DNA of 64,000 nucleotides from Tolypothrix carrinoi HA7290-LM1. Its GTDB lineage: Bacteria; Cyanobacteriota; Cyanobacteriia; Cyanobacteriales; Nostocaceae. Below are positions 62,640-64,000 of this stretch, in pieces (within the stretch, counting starts at the first letter, position 1; each line of letters begins with the position of its first letter). The translations under genes and the position numbers were made by a program. Below the pieces are notes generated by a model. The model had not been told where the DNA came from, made no database searches, and saw only the letters and a list, made by a program, of their open reading frames with translations. The stretch lies in NCBI GenBank assembly GCA_019358935.1, contig JAHHIK010000027.1:1-64000 (forward strand), given 5' to 3'.

Positions 62640-63326
62640 ATGACGCTTGCTCACAAAGATTGTGTTTTGGTGATTGAAAGCGACGAGAATCTAGCAAATC
62701 AACTGACTTGCGATTTGCAGGAAGCTGGCTACGAACCAATTGTGGCGCATGATGCAAACAGTGGTTTTCAATACTGCCGCGATCGCCAACCTGCTTTAAT
62801 AGTTGTAGACCGAATGCTCACCGGAGAATCTGGACTCTCTTTGTGCAAAAATCTGAGAAATGCCGGAATGCGATCGTCCGTGCTAGTGTTAATGGCACGC
62901 GATACAATCGATGACCGTGTTGCTTGTCTAGAAGCCGGAGCCGATGATTACTTCCTCAAGCCTTACCGTTCAGAAGACTTTTTAAAGTTGATTCGCCTTT
63001 ATTTAAAACCAGATGTTGATACCACAGAACAGTTACGGTTTGGAGATTTGATTTTAGATATAGCAACCCGTCGCGCCATACACAACGGGCGTGCAATTGA
63101 CTTGACAATGAAAGAATTTGAACTCTTAAAGTATCTAATGGAACATCCCCGTGAAGTATTAACCCGCGAACAAATTCTCGAAAATGTTTGGGGTTACGAC
63201 TTTATGGGCGAATCTAATGTCATCGAAGTGTATATTCGCTACTTACGCCTGAAAATCGAAGAAGAAGGTCAAAAGCGCCTGATTCAAACAGTGCGCGGTG
63301 TAGGATACGTGTTACGAGAATCGTAA
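62640..63326 (+). CDS. nblR: OmpR-family response regulator NblR
   Basis: Atypical receiver (LVIESD, VLMARD), winged helix VWGYDFMGESNVIEVYIRYLR. Confidence 0.8.
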   Translation: MTLAHKDCVLVIESDENLANQLTCDLQEAGYEPIVAHDANSGFQYCRDRQPALIVVDRMLTGESGLSLCKNLRNAGMRSSVLVLMARDTIDDRVACLEAGADDYFLKPYRSEDFLKLIRLYLKPDVDTTEQLRFGDLILDIATRRAIHNGRAIDLTMKEFELLKYLMEHPREVLTREQILENVWGYDFMGESNVIEVYIRYLRLKIEEEGQKRLIQTVRGVGYVLRES

Positions 63327-63413
63327 ATAGTTGGGGGTTAGGAGGAGTGTGGTTAGTGGTTAGTGGTTAGTGGATGGTGGATAGTGGTTCATGAAACAAC
63401 CAGCAACCAGCAA

Positions 63414-63618
63414 CCCTTCGGGTTCGTCAGATGCTTCAAGTCGGGAAACCCGCCCAACGCACTGACTCACCATCAACTATCAACTAACAACCCTTCGGGT
63501 TCGTCAGATGCTTCAAGTCGGGAAACCCGCCCAACGCACTGACTCACCATCAACTAACAACCCTTCGGGTTCGTCAGATGCTTCAAGTCGGGAAACCCGC
63601 CCAACGCACTGACTCACC
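63414..63618 (-). repeat. Three identical 58-bp structured elements separated by STRR units
   Basis: CCCTTCGGGTTCGTCAGATGCTTCAAGTCGGGAAACCCGCCCAACGCACTGACTCACC at 63414, 63491, 63561. Confidence 0.92.
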
Positions 63619-63658
63619 ATCAACTAACAACTAACAACTAACAACTAATTAAAATTCT

Positions 63659-64000
63659 ATGATTCGTTGGCTAATTTTGCTACCAATGCTCCTAAGTGTT
63701 GTGCTGTTCGGGTGTTCTGAACCAACACCAGCTAAACCCCCCAACACTAGCCTTGATTCTCAATTATCAGCCTCAGCGCCTTCTGGTCAAACACTACCGA
63801 TTTCTGGTGTCGCCATTGTTCCTAATGGCACAAAAATTAATTTGGAGGTAGCGCGGACACCAAAAGAGCAAGAAATTGGGTTGATGTATCGCAAGGTTTT
63901 GCCTTCGGACAGGGGGATGCTGTTTGAGTTTCGTTCCGCGCAACCAGTCAGTTTCTGGATGAAGAATACTCTTATACCGTTAGATATGGTTTTTCTGCGT
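63659..64000 (+). CDS. DUF192-family lipoprotein (runs off window)
   Basis: Lipobox LFGC; EVARTP.EQ..GLMYR, GMLF, FWMKNTLIPLDMVF. Confidence 0.9.
   Translation, partial: MIRWLILLPMLLSVVLFGCSEPTPAKPPNTSLDSQLSASAPSGQTLPISGVAIVPNGTKINLEVARTPKEQEIGLMYRKVLPSDRGMLFEFRSAQPVSFWMKNTLIPLDMVFLR

Noticed and set aside
63414..63618. Three identical 58-bp repeats as a CRISPR array
   Set aside because: Spacers are 19 and 12 nt of CAACTAA-type STRR, the repeat is too long, no cas genes are present, and it belongs to a dispersed element family
1..64000. Abundant GCGATCGC as a special signal
   Set aside because: This is HIP1, a normal genome-wide feature of many cyanobacteria

Overview
64 kb of chromosome from a filamentous cyanobacterium, inferred to be Nostocales from very frequent HIP1 (GCGATCGC), heptamer STRR tracts and petM/ycf39/ycf54/nblR. 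Most of it is housekeeping (folD, crtE, pdxJ, mutS, xseAB, frmA/fghA, avtA, rimM, nifJ, trpB, pdxA, NAD kinase), interspersed with accessory loci. Best candidates for a second look: (1) a four-gene operon (37928-41415) of two TIGR04222-like membrane proteins with Cys/Gly-rich tails, a DUF692/MNIO enzyme and a partner protein, possibly a membrane-anchored RiPP or metal-binding system; (2) two divergent, near-identical CHAT protease modules, one fused through a TM helix to a cyanovirin-like lectin and one to TPRs, in a variable locus marked by a decayed copy of an ABC permease 3' end; (3) a group II intron 3' end inside an IS200/IS605 tnpB that also carries a 56-nt insertion; (4) an ABC-type ATPase + PIN pair; (5) several families of small dispersed repeats, some in-frame in mutS, nifJ and rimM, and a 21/42-bp tandem array. 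No rRNA, tRNA or true CRISPR array was seen. All family assignments come from motif recognition by eye, not database searches.
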